Assembly: GCF_036321535.1 (NCBI RefSeq)
Contig: NC_087437.1
Coordinates: forward strand, 39,992,001-40,056,000
DNA: 64,000 nucleotides
Source: Camelus dromedarius
Lineage: Eukaryota
Direction of reading: 5' to 3'
Shown: one piece after another, positions 1 through 12,860 of the stretch
How positions within the stretch are numbered: the stretch's first letter is position 1
Layout of the letters: each line of letters begins with the position of its first letter
The notes under the pieces: model-generated
The model's database searches: none
Told to the model about the DNA's origin: nothing
What the model saw: only the letters and a program-made list of their open reading frames with translations
Translations under genes and position numbers: made by a program

Positions 1-9
1 AGAGACCCA

Positions 10-1671
10 TGTCCTCAGTAAGACCTTCAAGGTCCTGCATATCCTGGTCCCCTCTCCCCAGTCAGATCCTGTCCCCCTCACCTTCAGCTCCTTCCTTTGG
101 CAGCTTCTGACTTTAGAGCTTTGCACATAGTGTTCTGTCTGCCGGGAATGCTCTCCACCACCCCCAACCTTCAGAGCTCACCTTCTATACCTCTCAAACT
201 GTTTCTGCCCTCTCCATCACACTCTCACCTGGCACTCACCTTGTACTTGTCCTGCAGCTGACATACCAGATCTCTTAGCATGCTTATAATTATTTGACTA
301 ATTGTGCTGTTAACATTTTATATCTAGAGACCATATCTGCCTTGTTCACTGCTTTGTCTCCAATGCCAAACACCAAGTGACTTGCACATAAAAGGCATTT
401 TATGTTCTAATAACATTCTGGTCAATGGTTGACTTCTCCTGTTATTAATTAGCTTCTCCCCTCCATTCATTTCCTCCTCTCCCTTCACTGCCAGATTTCT
501 TTAAAGACTAGTCTACACTGTCTGCCCCAGTTCCACCCCAATTCAATTGTCAGCCCACTAAAGTCTGGAGTCTTCAAGTACCACTCCAGTAAAACTGTTA
601 GTGCCAAAGTTCGCCAGCAAAAGCTGATGATCTTATGGGCCTTTTTTAGATTTCCTCCTACTAAACATTTCTGTGACATTTGACACTATGGACAATTCCC
701 TCCTGTTTCCTTTATGCAGAAATGTAATGAGTAGCTACTCAGCTCCTGAACTTGTGATTAGAACAGGGTCCCTTCTCACACTGAGCCCAGTGAGAGTCAA
801 ATCAGTAATCACAAGTAGGCAACTAAGCTATGCAAGTGCTATGAAGAAAAAGCAGAGGGCCAGAAGGGTGGAAAAGGCAGAGATTCTAAAGTTGCCCTCC
901 TATTTCCCTCTGACTGTGCTCTTTTCGCTTCCACGGCTGAATGCTCCTCTGCGTGTCCCATAAACACTTGCATGCCAGGGCTCCATTCTTATCACACTGC
1001 CTTTCCCATGCACACTCTCCCTCTTCCTGTACTCTGCAGGTCCAAGAACTCCCAAAGCCATATCTTCAGGCTTAATTTACCAACCACCTCTTGGCTATCT
1101 CCTGGATGTTCTACAGGCACCTAAAATGGTGCATTCCAAAACAAACTCAGCATCTTCCCCCAGTCCTTCTGCTGTTGCCTCTCTCACAAGTCACCTAAAC
1201 TAGAAAACAAACACCCCTGAGATTTTTCTCTCCATTTCCCTCACCCTCACAGCAATCAGAGAGTTGTCACAATTCTGCCTTCTAAGCATCTTGTAATTTG
1301 ACCTGTTCTCCATACCCAGTGCCACTACTTTTGTTCAGACATTCATCATCCTTCTCCTGCATTACTGCTGTGGCCTCCTCCCTGGACCCCTGCCTCCAAT
1401 CTCCCCCTACTCTGATCATTTGCTCTGCTGCCACCCAGATTTAATATGGTCATGTCGTTGCTCTGCTTAAAAGTCTCCAGTGCCTTTAAGATATAGTCCA
1501 CATTTATTAGCTTCATAATCAGATTTTGCCTACCTCTCCTGGCTTGTTTTTTTTTTTCGCTCATTCATCCCACAAAATATGTATTGAGCACTATTTTAGA
1601 CACAGGGGATAAAGCAGAAAACACTGCTATATTTTCATCAAGCCTCACACTCAGGTGCTATAATACACATA

Positions 1672-1715
<44 letters not shown>

Positions 1716-2085
1716 GGTTTCCAGCAACTTGAAATCTCTCATCATTTTCTCCATGACCCATGTTCTTTCAGGCTTTCACATAATACCTCTACTGGCTGAA
1801 AGACTCTTTTCCTTCCTCTCAGACATATTTGCACTCCCTATAGACTCAACACTCAAATTTAACCTCCATGAAGCCTACAGGAATTCCTCGGGCAGAGTTA
1901 GACACACTCCCCTCTCTCCAAGTCGCACTGCTTTGAACACAATGTCTTTCACACAGACTTCTTTTTTACACGTCTGTCTCCATCATTAACCGTTGAGTCT
2001 TTTCAGTGTAGGGTACCATCTCCTTCCAGTACACATCCTCAACAAAATTTTTACTAATCATATGAATTGAAAAATAAGTGAACAA
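10..2085 (+). mobile_element. Cluster of degenerate L2 LINE fragments (mostly +, short minus pieces near 760-880 and 1560-1640)
   Basis: L2-like motifs such as ctttgcacatagtgttctgtctgccgggaatgctct, cttgttcactgc...gcacataaaaggc and tcattcatcc...tattgagcactatt. Confidence 0.7.
1672..1713. repeat. Compound (CA)n-(CG)n-(CA)n microsatellite
   Basis: Read directly: acacacgcgcgcgcacacaca... Confidence 0.95.
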
Positions 2086-2109
2086 ATATGCTCCCTTACA
2101 TCTTTCAGA

Positions 2110-2280
2110 GGAGTAGTCCACAAACTCTATGGTGCATTAGAATTCATTGGGGATCTTGTTTAAATGCCAATTCAGATTCAGTAGGCCTGGGGTGAGGCCT
2201 AAGAATCTGCATTTCTAACACACTCCCAGGGGATGCTGATGCAGTCAGACTAAGGACCACACTTTGAGGAACAAGGCTTT
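2110..2280. mobile_element. MER5-family (hAT-Charlie) DNA transposon relic
   Basis: gattcagtaggcctggggtgaggcctaagaatctgcatttctaacacactcccaggggatgctgatgc...gaccacactttgag is typical of MER5A/B. Confidence 0.85.
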
Positions 2281-4423
2281 AGAACTTAGTGACCACGAAC
2301 CCCAGAAAGTGAGGTTGATTGAGACCTATTCTTGTGGAAATTAAACCAACAAACAAATGATAGCTCTGCTTCACATCATGTCCATCAAATCTGCCTGACA
2401 TCTTGGTAGCAACCAGTTTCCTGAAATTCTGGAGGGAAACACCATTGCCGTTGCCATATTGCTGTAACCCTGCCCTAGCTGGACATGCCTCTCTGTGCTC
2501 TCTACATCCTCCGGGAAGCCCCTACTGAGCTGGTTCACCAGCTTCTGCTTGTTGCAAAAGCCCAATGCCTGTCTTTGTCTGCAACTCTGCAGATGGTTCC
2601 AATGTGTTCCCTTGTCATGGACACGGGCTCCCAAACTTCCCTGCCAAGAGTCGGTGGCACAGGATGGCACACTTCCTCCTGCGCTCTCCTTGTTCTAAGA
2701 CAACAGCACTGACTGCCATTCAGGGCGTCACTTTTCAAGCCGTCCTGCCTCATTAAGAGAAGGCTTGGCACTGGCTAGTTGTTCTGCCTGGCCAGCATAC
2801 CTCTCCTCTGCCTCACATCCTCCGCACTCTAACAGTAGCCTGCCCCAACTCACAGGGGCTGCCTGAAAGGTGATCCCGGTTTTAGTGGGAAAAAAAAAGT
2901 TCCTACCCTCAGAATTCTGAGATGCTACTGGGGATTTACAAGTTGTTTCAAGGCTGTTTTAAAGACAAACTTATGGTATTTACATAGATATATGGGCCTG
3001 TGTAAGCACTGTGGTTCTTTATAAAAGGTGCAGCATAAATGTTCTTGTATTACTAGAAGGATTATATGAAAGATGTGAAAACATGTTTTGACCAAGCAGT
3101 GGTATAGATGGCCGCAGAGTATAATGTATCCATTGTCAAGAAATCCCCACCAGAGACCTCTGAAATCTTACATTGATTGAGTCGTGCTGGACTTGAAACA
3201 CATTGAAAATTTTCCAAATGGTAAAATATAAAATATACTCTTTTTTTCTTAGTATTTACCAGTTAAACACTAAAGTACTGTAACTGGCTGACCTTTCACA
3301 GCAGTTTTTGTTCTACTTTTCCAAAAGCAGCCAAAAAGGGATTTTTTTTTAATGCTTTGTTTTGTCTTTTAGAAAAAAAGAACCAACTTATTCTGAGCAT
3401 ACTACTCCCCCCTCCGCCTGTGCAATAACATCATAATGGCAGAATAATCGCTGTAAACAATGCCCTGGGGATTCAGTTGGCTACAGCAGGGGACTCTAAG
3501 AGCCAATTTCAGTGCTTTTCTTAACTACATCATTGCATTTTTGTCTGCAAGTGGATAAGAAGAGTCTCCTTTTAGAGCAGGTTGATGGAAAGTGCTAATT
3601 GTTGACACATTAGCTAATTGTTATGATTAGCCTCTGACTTTTTTTTTTTTATTCTCAAAGTCAAGATCTCAATTGTGAAGTATGAAGATGCTTTATTACG
3701 ACAATGCTATGAAAACATTCAAACAATGAGTGGCTAATCTTCAGAAGCAGTCAATCCGGTGGCCTCTAGACAGCCCTGCCTTTAAAGAATAGACAACCAT
3801 CAGGAAACAAAAATATCCTAACTGCTGCATCCACCCCATATTTCAGACATAAGTGTTCTGGGTTATCAGTAATGATCTGTTTTTACAAATTCACTATGTC
3901 TTTGGAAAGTTGAAGTAACTCCAAACCAAATAAACCACGTGCAGGCTCTAATGGTCTACTGACAATTGAAGCAGCTTGGAATCCATGATAATGTGAACCT
4001 GTAAGGTACCAGACTTACATGTTTCTCATCTCTGCCTTTTCTAAAAATCAACATGGGATGTTTGAAATTGGGGTCATTCTCAGCTATAGTTCAACTTGGG
4101 AAAACAACTAGGCACCAGTACTAAAATACATACGTGCTCTCACATTTCGAGAAAAGGAGGGCGAGGAAATCAAGTAGAGAGAGAAAGTAGCAAGAAACCA
4201 AATTGCAGGGTTCAATCCTTGGCTGTGGCCATTGAATGAGTCATTATTCTGTGCCTCATCCAGCTGACTTGTGAATGCAAGTAAATATTTACTATTTGCT
4301 ATAGGAATAACCTGGCTTCATATAAAAATACTAAATTTTGACTGAATTGCAATTTTAAAAAACTCAGACACATCTTAAAATCAATGCATGATTATAGCAT
4401 GATAAAATGTAAAAAAAAAAAAA

Positions 4424-5177
4424 ATCTGAACAGACATTTTTCCAAAGAAGCCATACAGATGGCCAATAGGCACATGAAAAGAAGCTTAATATCACTAATC
4501 ATCAGAGAAATGCAAAACAAAACCACAATGAGATATCACCTCACACCTGTTAGAATGGCTATCATCAAAAAGACAAGATAACAAGTGTTGGCAAAGACAT
4601 GGAGAAAAAAGAACTCTCATGTACTATTGGTGGAAATGTAAATTTGTTCAGCCACTAAGGAAAACAGCATGGCGGTTCCTTTAAAAATCAAAAATAGAAA
4701 TACCATATGATCCAGCAATTCTACTTCTGAGTATTTATCAGAAGAAAATGAAAACACTAATTCAAAAAGATATATGCACCTCAATGTTCACTGCAGCATT
4801 GTTTACAATAACCAAGATATGGAAACAACTTACATGTCCAACAATGGATGAATGGATAAAGGTGTGAAATAGATAAACAGATAGAGAATAGAAGATTATT
4901 CAGCCATAAAAAGGGAATGAAATCTTGCCATTTACAACAACATGAATGGACCCTGAGGGCATTATACTAAGTGAAATAACTCAAAGACAAGTACTGACTG
5001 TACAGTCTCTCTTGTGTATGGAATCTGAACCAAAAACAAAACAAAAACCAAGCTCATAGATTCAGAGAACAGATTGGTGGTTGCAAAAACAGCAGGGCAG
5101 TGGGAGGGGTGGGGGTAACTGTTGTGCATTTTTAGTTTAAATAAATTGAATACAATTTTTAAAACACCAAAAAAATC
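4424..5177 (+). mobile_element. 5'-truncated L1 (ORF2 C-terminus plus short 3' UTR), L1MA-like
   Basis: ORF 4384-4581 translates to [19 protein letters not shown]...[17 protein letters not shown] (L1 ORF2). It is followed by a G-rich 3' UTR, AATAAA and an A-rich tail. Confidence 0.95.
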
Positions 5178-5444
5178 ATTTTATATGTCAACAAATGGAG
5201 AAAATACAATTTCCTTAAATTATTCTTGCTTATAATCTTCCCTAAATAAGATAATCCAATTTTACAATCCATCCATTAGTCAAAATCTTTACATTTTCTT
5301 CGTACGGTGATACTCACTTTAAACTTGTCTGCATTCTTTAGAAAAAATATATATATACCAGTTTTAAACAAATCACATTTTATTTTGTTTGTACGTAGTT
5401 TGACTATTTTGACTGATTTAACTGGTTACTAACTAGTTAACCCA

Positions 5445-5545
5445 GTTAGAGTTGTTTATAAGATTAAATGTGATAATGACTTAGTGTCGCTAAAGCAGTG
5501 CTTGGCACATAGTAAGCACCTAATAAATATTAGTGGCCATCATCA
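5445..5545 (+). mobile_element. MIR 3' fragment
   Basis: gttgtttataagattaaatg...cagtgcttggcacatagtaagcacctaataaatatt matches the MIR 3' end. Confidence 0.7.
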
Positions 5546-6721
5546 TCCTTAAAGTGACAAGTACCTAGCCAAACAGTCAGACTTTCATTTATAAAAAATG
5601 GTGTAGATGTCCCCAGTTTAAGTACGATGTAACACAGTATCACACAGGAAAGACAGTAGTATGAGTAGTAGCTACAAAACTGCTTTTGGTTACACATGAC
5701 AAGTCAGCACTTTACTAAACTCCTATTCCGTGGTAGACACTGCTCTGTGGCTAACAGTAGGACTTTATATACGCAACACGAGCTGGAGTTCACAAGCCAA
5801 ACAAAGAAAAAACTTGAGTAGTCTCTCCTCAATGTAAATGCCCCAGGGGTAGAATCTTTATGTAGAGTCTTTATGTTCTAAAGAGGTGAGAAAAACCAAA
5901 GGTAAGAAGAAAATCTTGGAAAAGACGTATATTCAAGTCTTAGAAAGTTTTACCTTTGCTAAACAAAGGAAAATAAGTCAGTACACAAAATCGAGACAAT
6001 CAACAAAATCTTTCCAGCTTAAATTCGTAAAAATTAAGTGAGTAATTTCTCTTTCCTTTGTTCGAGGCTTTTTGGGCTCTTTCTTCTCCACAATTTCAAC
6101 CATTTAAAAATTCACTTTGCATTGTTGCAAAGCTCTCAAGAAGAAGACATTTTTTTCTTGTTCCATTCCTCCATCTAACAGGAGTGCCATCCGGTTGAGA
6201 TTCAGTGCCAACTCCCAAGCCTGTGCTAGAGACGCAGCCTGAAAATGCCCCCTTCCCCTTCCCCCATACATATCTCCTACTGCCCATCCCCTCAGCTTCA
6301 TTTATCACAAACCCCGCCTCCAGCTCTATAAACCACTTGACTTTTGGTTTCTTTTCCCAATCCTCTATTTTTCTTTTTTAAGTTATCCAAGGAATTCTTT
6401 GAAATTTCTATACATGGAGATCAAAATTCTCACCATAGTGAAAATGTGTTTTAAGAAAAGTATCAGTCATGTCAAGGAAGCTCTGCATGGAGGAGGTATT
6501 ACTGTGGTAATAGTAAAGTTATTATTTTAAAGAGAAAATGCATTCTTGAATTGAGCCAATAATTTATTTTCTAGTTGAATTAAACTTCTTTTCCTACCAA
6601 AATATAGATCCACACTAACTTCTACATGTGTTGTTGCTATAATGCTTTTATTTCTAATTCTCTTAAAATTTTATACACAAGAACCTTATCTCACTATATA
6701 GTCTTCTGTATTTTTGGCAAT

Positions 6722-7012
6722 CCCATATAAAGACTGGTGTCCTTCTAAGAGAAAGGAAAGAAAGATTTGAGACCCAGAGGAGAGGCCCCAGAGGGGATGA
6801 TACAGGCAAAGACTGGAGTCCAGGCCAAGGAACGCGGAGGCTCGCCTGCAGCCGACAAAAGTGAGAGAAAGGCATGGAACAGACTCTCCCTCAGAGCTGC
6901 AGAGGAAACCAACTCTGCAAACTCCTGGATTTTGGCCTCTAGAACTAGGAGAGAAAGTTGTTTTAAGTCGTCAAGTCTGTGGGATTTGTATGGCAGTCAG
7001 AAAACTAACACA
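6722..7012 (+). mobile_element. MLT1-type (ERVL-MaLR) solo LTR, partial
   Basis: gactggtgtccttctaaga...ggcatggaacagactctccctcagag...ttgttttaagtc...gaaaactaacaca. Confidence 0.85.
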
Positions 7013-8454
7013 CTGACATTCAGGATTTACCTGAGGGTTGCCATGAAGATCAAACGGGATGAATGATAATAAAACGAGCTCAATAAAAGCTCACTCCAAT
7101 AGTCCCCCTTCTCCTGGGCAGTGAGGATGGGTACAGGCGGGTTTTCTGCTGCTGAGGACTCAGGCTGACTACTGATCAGCCTGATGGGTCGGGGGCTCCA
7201 CAAGGCCACCTCGTTCCTCTCGCTGAGAAGTGCCAGGGCCTCTTTCTGATGACAATGTCAGTGCTAGCCTGTTTGGTGCGAGCTTTTCTTCCTGTCTGCC
7301 TCACTGCCTGCCTCTGCCTCCTGGCAGAGAGCTCTGCCCTTGCTTACTAAGCTGCTGATGGAGAAATCCAGCTCCACAGGGAGGGCCGGACTGGGCGGCA
7401 GGACAGTTGTTCTTACAGCCCCAGCTCATCACTGTCTCTCTGGATGACCGCTACAGTCCCCTCCGTGGCCTGACACAGAACACCAATGATCCCACAGCTG
7501 CAGTGGCCTTTTCCCTTTGGGCTTATTTAGTCTTCACTGACGACTCTCTTTGACTGAGAGGAAAGGTATTAGAACCTTTCCAAACCAATTTCATTACCTT
7601 ATTTCTCCTTTTAGAGAAGAGAAGACATTTCACTTATTGTTAATTCCTTTTTTTTTTTTTTTCATTTTTCTTTCCTCTGGAAGATGCATAATTGAATACA
7701 AAGAAAAGTAAAAAACCAGACCTTATTCAAACCCTAGATCAACTAATAATGTGACTACAGACCACAGCAAGACACAAAAACGAACCAAAAAAAAAAAACT
7801 TTTAAATAAACTGTGGAATTGATTTTGTGGCTTGAAACCCTAACTTGAAGTCATTTATTTTTAGAATTCCATCTTTTTCCTCTATTTAATTAATCAAGTA
7901 GGAACTTGTGTGCAAGTAGACACAGACAGGTTGCTTGACAGTGGTCTATTTCCTCCCAATCCCCTAATCCATCTGCAAAGTAAAGGAAAGCAGTAGATAT
8001 ATAAATAAATAAATTCTAGCTCATATATGTCATATACATGTTTCATATATATTTAATAGCTATGTTTTATATACTTCGTATATAAACACTCCTATTTAAT
8101 TTGTTGGGATACAATTAATGGATACAGAAAAAGCAAAGAATTTTTAGTTCCTTGGAATACAAACTTTAAAAATTAAGATGGTATTAAATGTTTAATTCTC
8201 CCCTTTGCAGAAAAGAATGAAACCCCCCCACACTTTCTTCCTTGTTTTTTTCCTTAATTCAGGTAGATAGTTTGATAACTTGAAAGTCACACTGCAGTTC
8301 TAAGAATAGGACAATAGAGAAGTATCCCCTTTGTATGCAGATGTGCAGATGCGAGAGGAGACCACTTTATGTTCCTGCTGGCTGCAGGGCTCTCTCTAGC
8401 ATGAATATAGTCAATCTTCAGCATTCAGACCAAAGGAAAGGATAAGAGAGACGA

Positions 8455-8660
8455 AGTGTTATTAATTAGACACTGTTTTAGTCCAGGCTCTATTACAGGT
8501 GCTTTACGTGCATTCCAGCATTTGATACTCACAATAACTGTAAGAGGTGGATGTTATCGTCTCCATTTTACAAATGCAATAACTGAGGCTTAGAAAGCTT
8601 AAATAATGTAGATCATCCATAACTGGGTGATAAATAAATAAAACTGACACCTGCCTCCTT
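8455..8660 (-). mobile_element. MIR SINE
   Basis: Core reads ctccattttacaaatgcaataactgaggcttagaaag on + (reverse complement of the MIR core). Confidence 0.85.
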
Positions 8661-9174
8661 ATAACTTCCCCCACCCACTTGGAGAAGGACTCTAGAAGAA
8701 AGGATTTAGGAGCCACCAAGAAAACTGGACAAGGTTGTTTACGTTTAGGTGACCAAAGAGTCTTAAAGAGAGAGAGCTTCATTGTAAGTACAGGAAAAAA
8801 AAAAACCTTCCTGTGCTTAAATCTGATTACAACACCATTTAAATCCACTGAAACTTATCCTGATCTCAAAAGGCAAGCTTTACGTACAGCAGTCCTGAAC
8901 GCTTTGAAACCCTAGTCGTGAAGCAGCAGGTGTGAGCTCCATGAAATTGTTCTGGAGGATAACCATACTCCCCCAGTGCTACAGCTTGCCCAAGATCTTC
9001 CATGTGCCCTCCTTTCTTCATCTGCTAGGGGCCCACCGAGGTGGGGGAAGGAAAAGCCAGAAAAGATCACATGTCATTTGTCAGATCAGTAGAGCCTAGA
9101 AATTATCCAGCATGGTTTTCTGAAACTAAGTGTTCTCATGAGAATCAAGAGCTTCTATGCTGGCCCTTGTAGGT

Positions 9175-9540
9175 TTATCCATCCAACCAGTGGTTATTTA
9201 CTGATGAAGCTCTCTGGGTGAGGCACAGTTCTGAAGCAGATTCCAAACTAGTGTAAGAAAGAACTTTTGCCTTTAGAGAGCTTGCAATCTATGGGGCAGA
9301 TGCATCAATCCATTAGAAAGCTATTATAGCTGAACTCTCACCATTCTGAAGTCTGTCTGAAGAGAAGAGAAATCTGTGTAGGCTGAGGAGACTGGGGGAA
9401 AATAGGAAGGAGGGGCTGGCTTGAGAGGGACCTTGAAGGCTGAGGAAGGTGATTTGGGAGGGAGAGAAGGAGGGTAGGGAGGACAACTGCTATTGAAGAC
9501 AGAGCATAAAATTAGTATAGCTGATGTGCTGGGCAAAGAA
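9175..9540 (-). mobile_element. L2 fragment
   Basis: gcctttagagagcttgcaatctatgggg and ttgagagggaccttgaaggctgaggaagg resemble old L2 in reverse orientation. Confidence 0.6.
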
Positions 9541-10726
9541 GGAAATATCAAATAAAACCAGTAAATTCACAGAGTTGTTGCTCCTGGTTCTTTCCCAGGC
9601 CAGGATGCCCTGTTTATCTCCCATACTTAACTCACCTCCACCTTGAGGTGGAGGCTCCTGAGAAGAAAATCTCTGACATAGGACCATTAAAGGCTCACTG
9701 TACTTTCCACAAATACATCTGCCTACTTTTCCTAGCTGTTTACATAGAGAGTAAATAAACTTTTGCTTCAAGATAATATGTAGTTGTCACCCATTTCAGT
9801 GAAGTGAAACAGTGGTTGAAAGTTGCTTGGCAAGGTATGAATATTAGAACTCCTAGGGAAGGAACAGAACCAAGCTGTCCCAAAACAAGAAGCTCGAGGA
9901 GGTCCTGGTAAATTTCTGCATTCTATCCAGGAAAGTACCATCTGCTTGTCCTTAAGAAATATACATTTCAGTAGGCAATAACCAAACAAAATCCTTGAAG
10001 CTTGCTTCTTAAGCCAGAGATCTGTGGATACAATCATACATACAATTCACCACAGCTCACAAAATTTTATGACTATATAGACCCCAAACCAAAACAAGGG
10101 GGTAATTCTGTGAAAAAGAAAGTTTCCACCAGAGTCTTGACATGAAAAACAAATGTAGTCTCTATGAGAAATAGCTTTTTTTTCTTTTTAAATTATGTCC
10201 ATGATGGGGTAGAAGGCCACTGTCCATCATGGAAACAGTTGACAATTGGTTACACTCAAATCATCCCCTGACAGGATTTTCTTGGTCTTGTACATCTTGG
10301 CTTCCTACCCAATATCTACCTCATCATGCTCCCTTCTGCCCTCTAGTCTTGACACATCTAATACTCCAGCAAGAGTCTTCCCTAAAAGCTCAATAGTGGT
10401 GGCCAAATGAGAAAAAAATATAAAAGAGAAGAAGAAGAAAATTAAAAAATAGAAAAGAAAAATAACCACTTATACTTTTTTTTTTAAAAGGGTAAGGGTC
10501 ATCTGTGAAATGCCACAAATTGCTATCAATGCCTTTAAGTCAGAAACTACATCTCATCTATCTTAGTTTATGCAGTTTTCATCACAGTAGCTGAGACGCA
10601 GGCTCTCAAAAGGTTGTGAACAATGGCAAGTCTTTACTATGAATATTGAGTTCAAATGATTCCTCTTTCACTTTCAATTTTAAAAGATCAAATTAATCAT
10701 CAAGTATTGTATCTTAAATATCTGCG

Positions 10727-11317
10727 AATGGTTCAGCCACTTTGAAAAGAGTTTGGCAGTGTTTCAAAAAGTTAAACCTTGAGTTACTATGACCCAACAA
10801 TTCCACTCCTAGGTACATAGCCAAGAGAATTGAAACCAGATGCCCATGTAAAACTCATTCACAAATGCTCATAGTGGCATTATTTATAATAGCCAAAAAA
10901 TGGGAACAACCTAAATGTCCATCAACTGATGAATGGATAAACAAAATGTGGTGTACCCATGCAATGGAAAATTATTCAGCCATAAAATGGAATGAAGTTC
11001 TGATACATGCCACAGTATGAATGAACCTTGAAGGCACTACGTTAAGTAAAAGAAGCTAGACCAAAAAGGCCACATACTGTATGATTCCATTGATTTGAAA
11101 TGTCCAAAATAGGGAGAATCCATAAATTAATGGCTGCCAGGAACTGGAAGGAGGGAGAATAGGAAGTGACTGCTAATAGGTATGAGGTTTCTTTTTAGGA
11201 GATGAAATGTAGATAGTGGTGATGGTTATACAACCTTGTGAATATACTAAAAACCCCTGAATTGTACACTTTAAAGGTGTAGTTTTTATGACATGTCAAT
11301 TCTATCTCAATAAAAAC
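10727..11317 (+). mobile_element. L1MB-type 3' end
   Basis: caattccactcctaggtac, aaatgtccatcaactgatgaatggataaacaaaatgtgg, tagatagtggtgatggttatacaaccttgtgaatatactaaaaac...tatctcaataaaa. Confidence 0.92.
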
Positions 11318-11322
11318 ATATT

Positions 11323-11516
11323 TGCAGACACACACTACGATATATAAAAATAGATAAACAACAAGGTCCTACTGCATAGCACAGGGAACTATATTCAATA
11401 CTTTGTAATGACCTATAACGGGAAAGAATATGAACAGGAATATATATATAAATGAATCATTATGCTGTATATCAGAAATTAACACATTATAAATCAACTA
11501 TACTTCAATTTAAAAA
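11323..11516 (+). mobile_element. Short cetartiodactyl-type L1 3' UTR fragment inserted at the tail of the older L1MB
   Basis: atagataaacaacaaggtcctactgcatagcacagggaactatattcaata...aaatcaactatacttcaattt is a typical artiodactyl L1 3' end. Confidence 0.85.
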
Positions 11517-11734
11517 GATCTGTATTTGAAAAACCTCTTGGTGAAGAAACTACAGTTAGGATTTATGTTCAGTTCTTCAGGTGTGATCAAAACTTAATAT
11601 TCCATGTATTTTTTCTTTGTCAATAAGTATTAGAAAACATATTGGAATTCTTCATATACTTACAAAAGAAACCTGAAAGTTCTTTTAACATTTGTTGTAT
11701 TATGTAATCAACCACATTAAAATAGCAATCATAC

Positions 11735-11975
11735 TAATACTGACTAGTATTTATGGAGTGCTTATTATGTACTAATCACTAGTCTGAGTACTGTATGTAT
11801 ATTAACCCTTAAAAGAGTTAAAAGAACAACTTTAAAAGGTGAGTGCTATTCTTATCTCCATTTTATATAGGAAAATGAGGCACAGAGAGATTATCCAAGG
11901 TCACACAGCCAGCTGACGATGGAGCTGGGATCCAAGCCCGGCCAGCCTGGTCCAGAACTGGCACTCATAACTACC
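11735..11975 (-). mobile_element. MIR SINE
   Basis: tttatggagtgcttattatgt...ccattttatataggaaaatgaggcacagagag...ccaaggtcacacagc...ggagctgggatccaagccc. Confidence 0.88.
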
Positions 11976-12459
11976 ATTCACTTTCACCTTTGATGAAAAG
12001 GAGAAGGATTAGTGTTGTAGAAAGAGTACTAAATGAGTCACTGTAGGGCCTAATCTGGAGATATGGTCTAAACTGTGTCACATGCAAGCTCTGTAAACCT
12101 GGGTCTCTTGGTTGCTTCTCCTGATCTCTAAAGTAAGGATCTGGGACATCACCATCTCAAGTCCCCAACCAGTCTGAGTCTGCAACTACATCAATGGCAA
12201 ACCAAGACATATTCAGGTGCAGATATTCAATCATTTAGTACATTGTGCATGTCAAGAACTTTGAACTCAGAATATTCTATGGAAAACACCTAGGAATTTT
12301 AGAATTAAATGGCTGAAAAGACCTCAGGGGCTAAGAGACAAGGTTGACTACCAGGTACTTTTTTTTAATGTAAAAAATGGAAATTCTATTCACTCTCCCT
12401 TATAATCAAGAAATCACTTATACTATTTTTTTTCTTCCTGAAGTTTAATTCCATGTTAT

Positions 12460-12845
12460 CTTATTCAATCCTCAACAAATAAATACGGAAAGCCTCCTGT
12501 GTGCCAGGCATTTTTGAGGCACTAAAGATTCAATAAGAAATAAGGCAAAAAGGGCTCCAGCTCATTTTTAAAGGGGAGGGAGGAGAGAATAAGCCAACAA
12601 ATCCATAAACAAGATAATTTCAGATAGTGATACGTTCTAAGAAGAAAATAAAAGCAGAGTGACTTGATGGTAATTGGTTGCTTTAATATACAATAAAAAC
12701 TTAGCTACTATAGAGAAGAGATTCTGGTCTATTTTGGTCACTCTACTCAAGTGCCTATAAGAGTACTCAACAAATATTGAATGAACAAATGAATCCATGA
12801 ATGAACTAATGAATGAATGAACTAATGAACAAACAATGAGTAAAT
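12460..12845. mobile_element. Two L2 3' fragments in opposite orientations, with a (GAAT)-like tail at about 12778-12840
   Basis: caacaaataaatacggaaagcctcctgtgtgccaggca (minus) and gtactcaacaaatattgaatgaacaaatgaat... (plus). Confidence 0.7.
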
Positions 12846-12860
12846 GGCGCTTTCCACATT

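Noticed and set aside
4384..4581. 65-aa ORF with L1 ORF2 similarity
   Set aside because: Fragment of a dead, frameshifted L1, not a host gene.
7027..7500. GC-richer stretch with a minus-strand donor (GGA|GTGAGC) and a short ORF
   Set aside because: No convincing acceptor and an in-frame stop just upstream; peptide not recognised.
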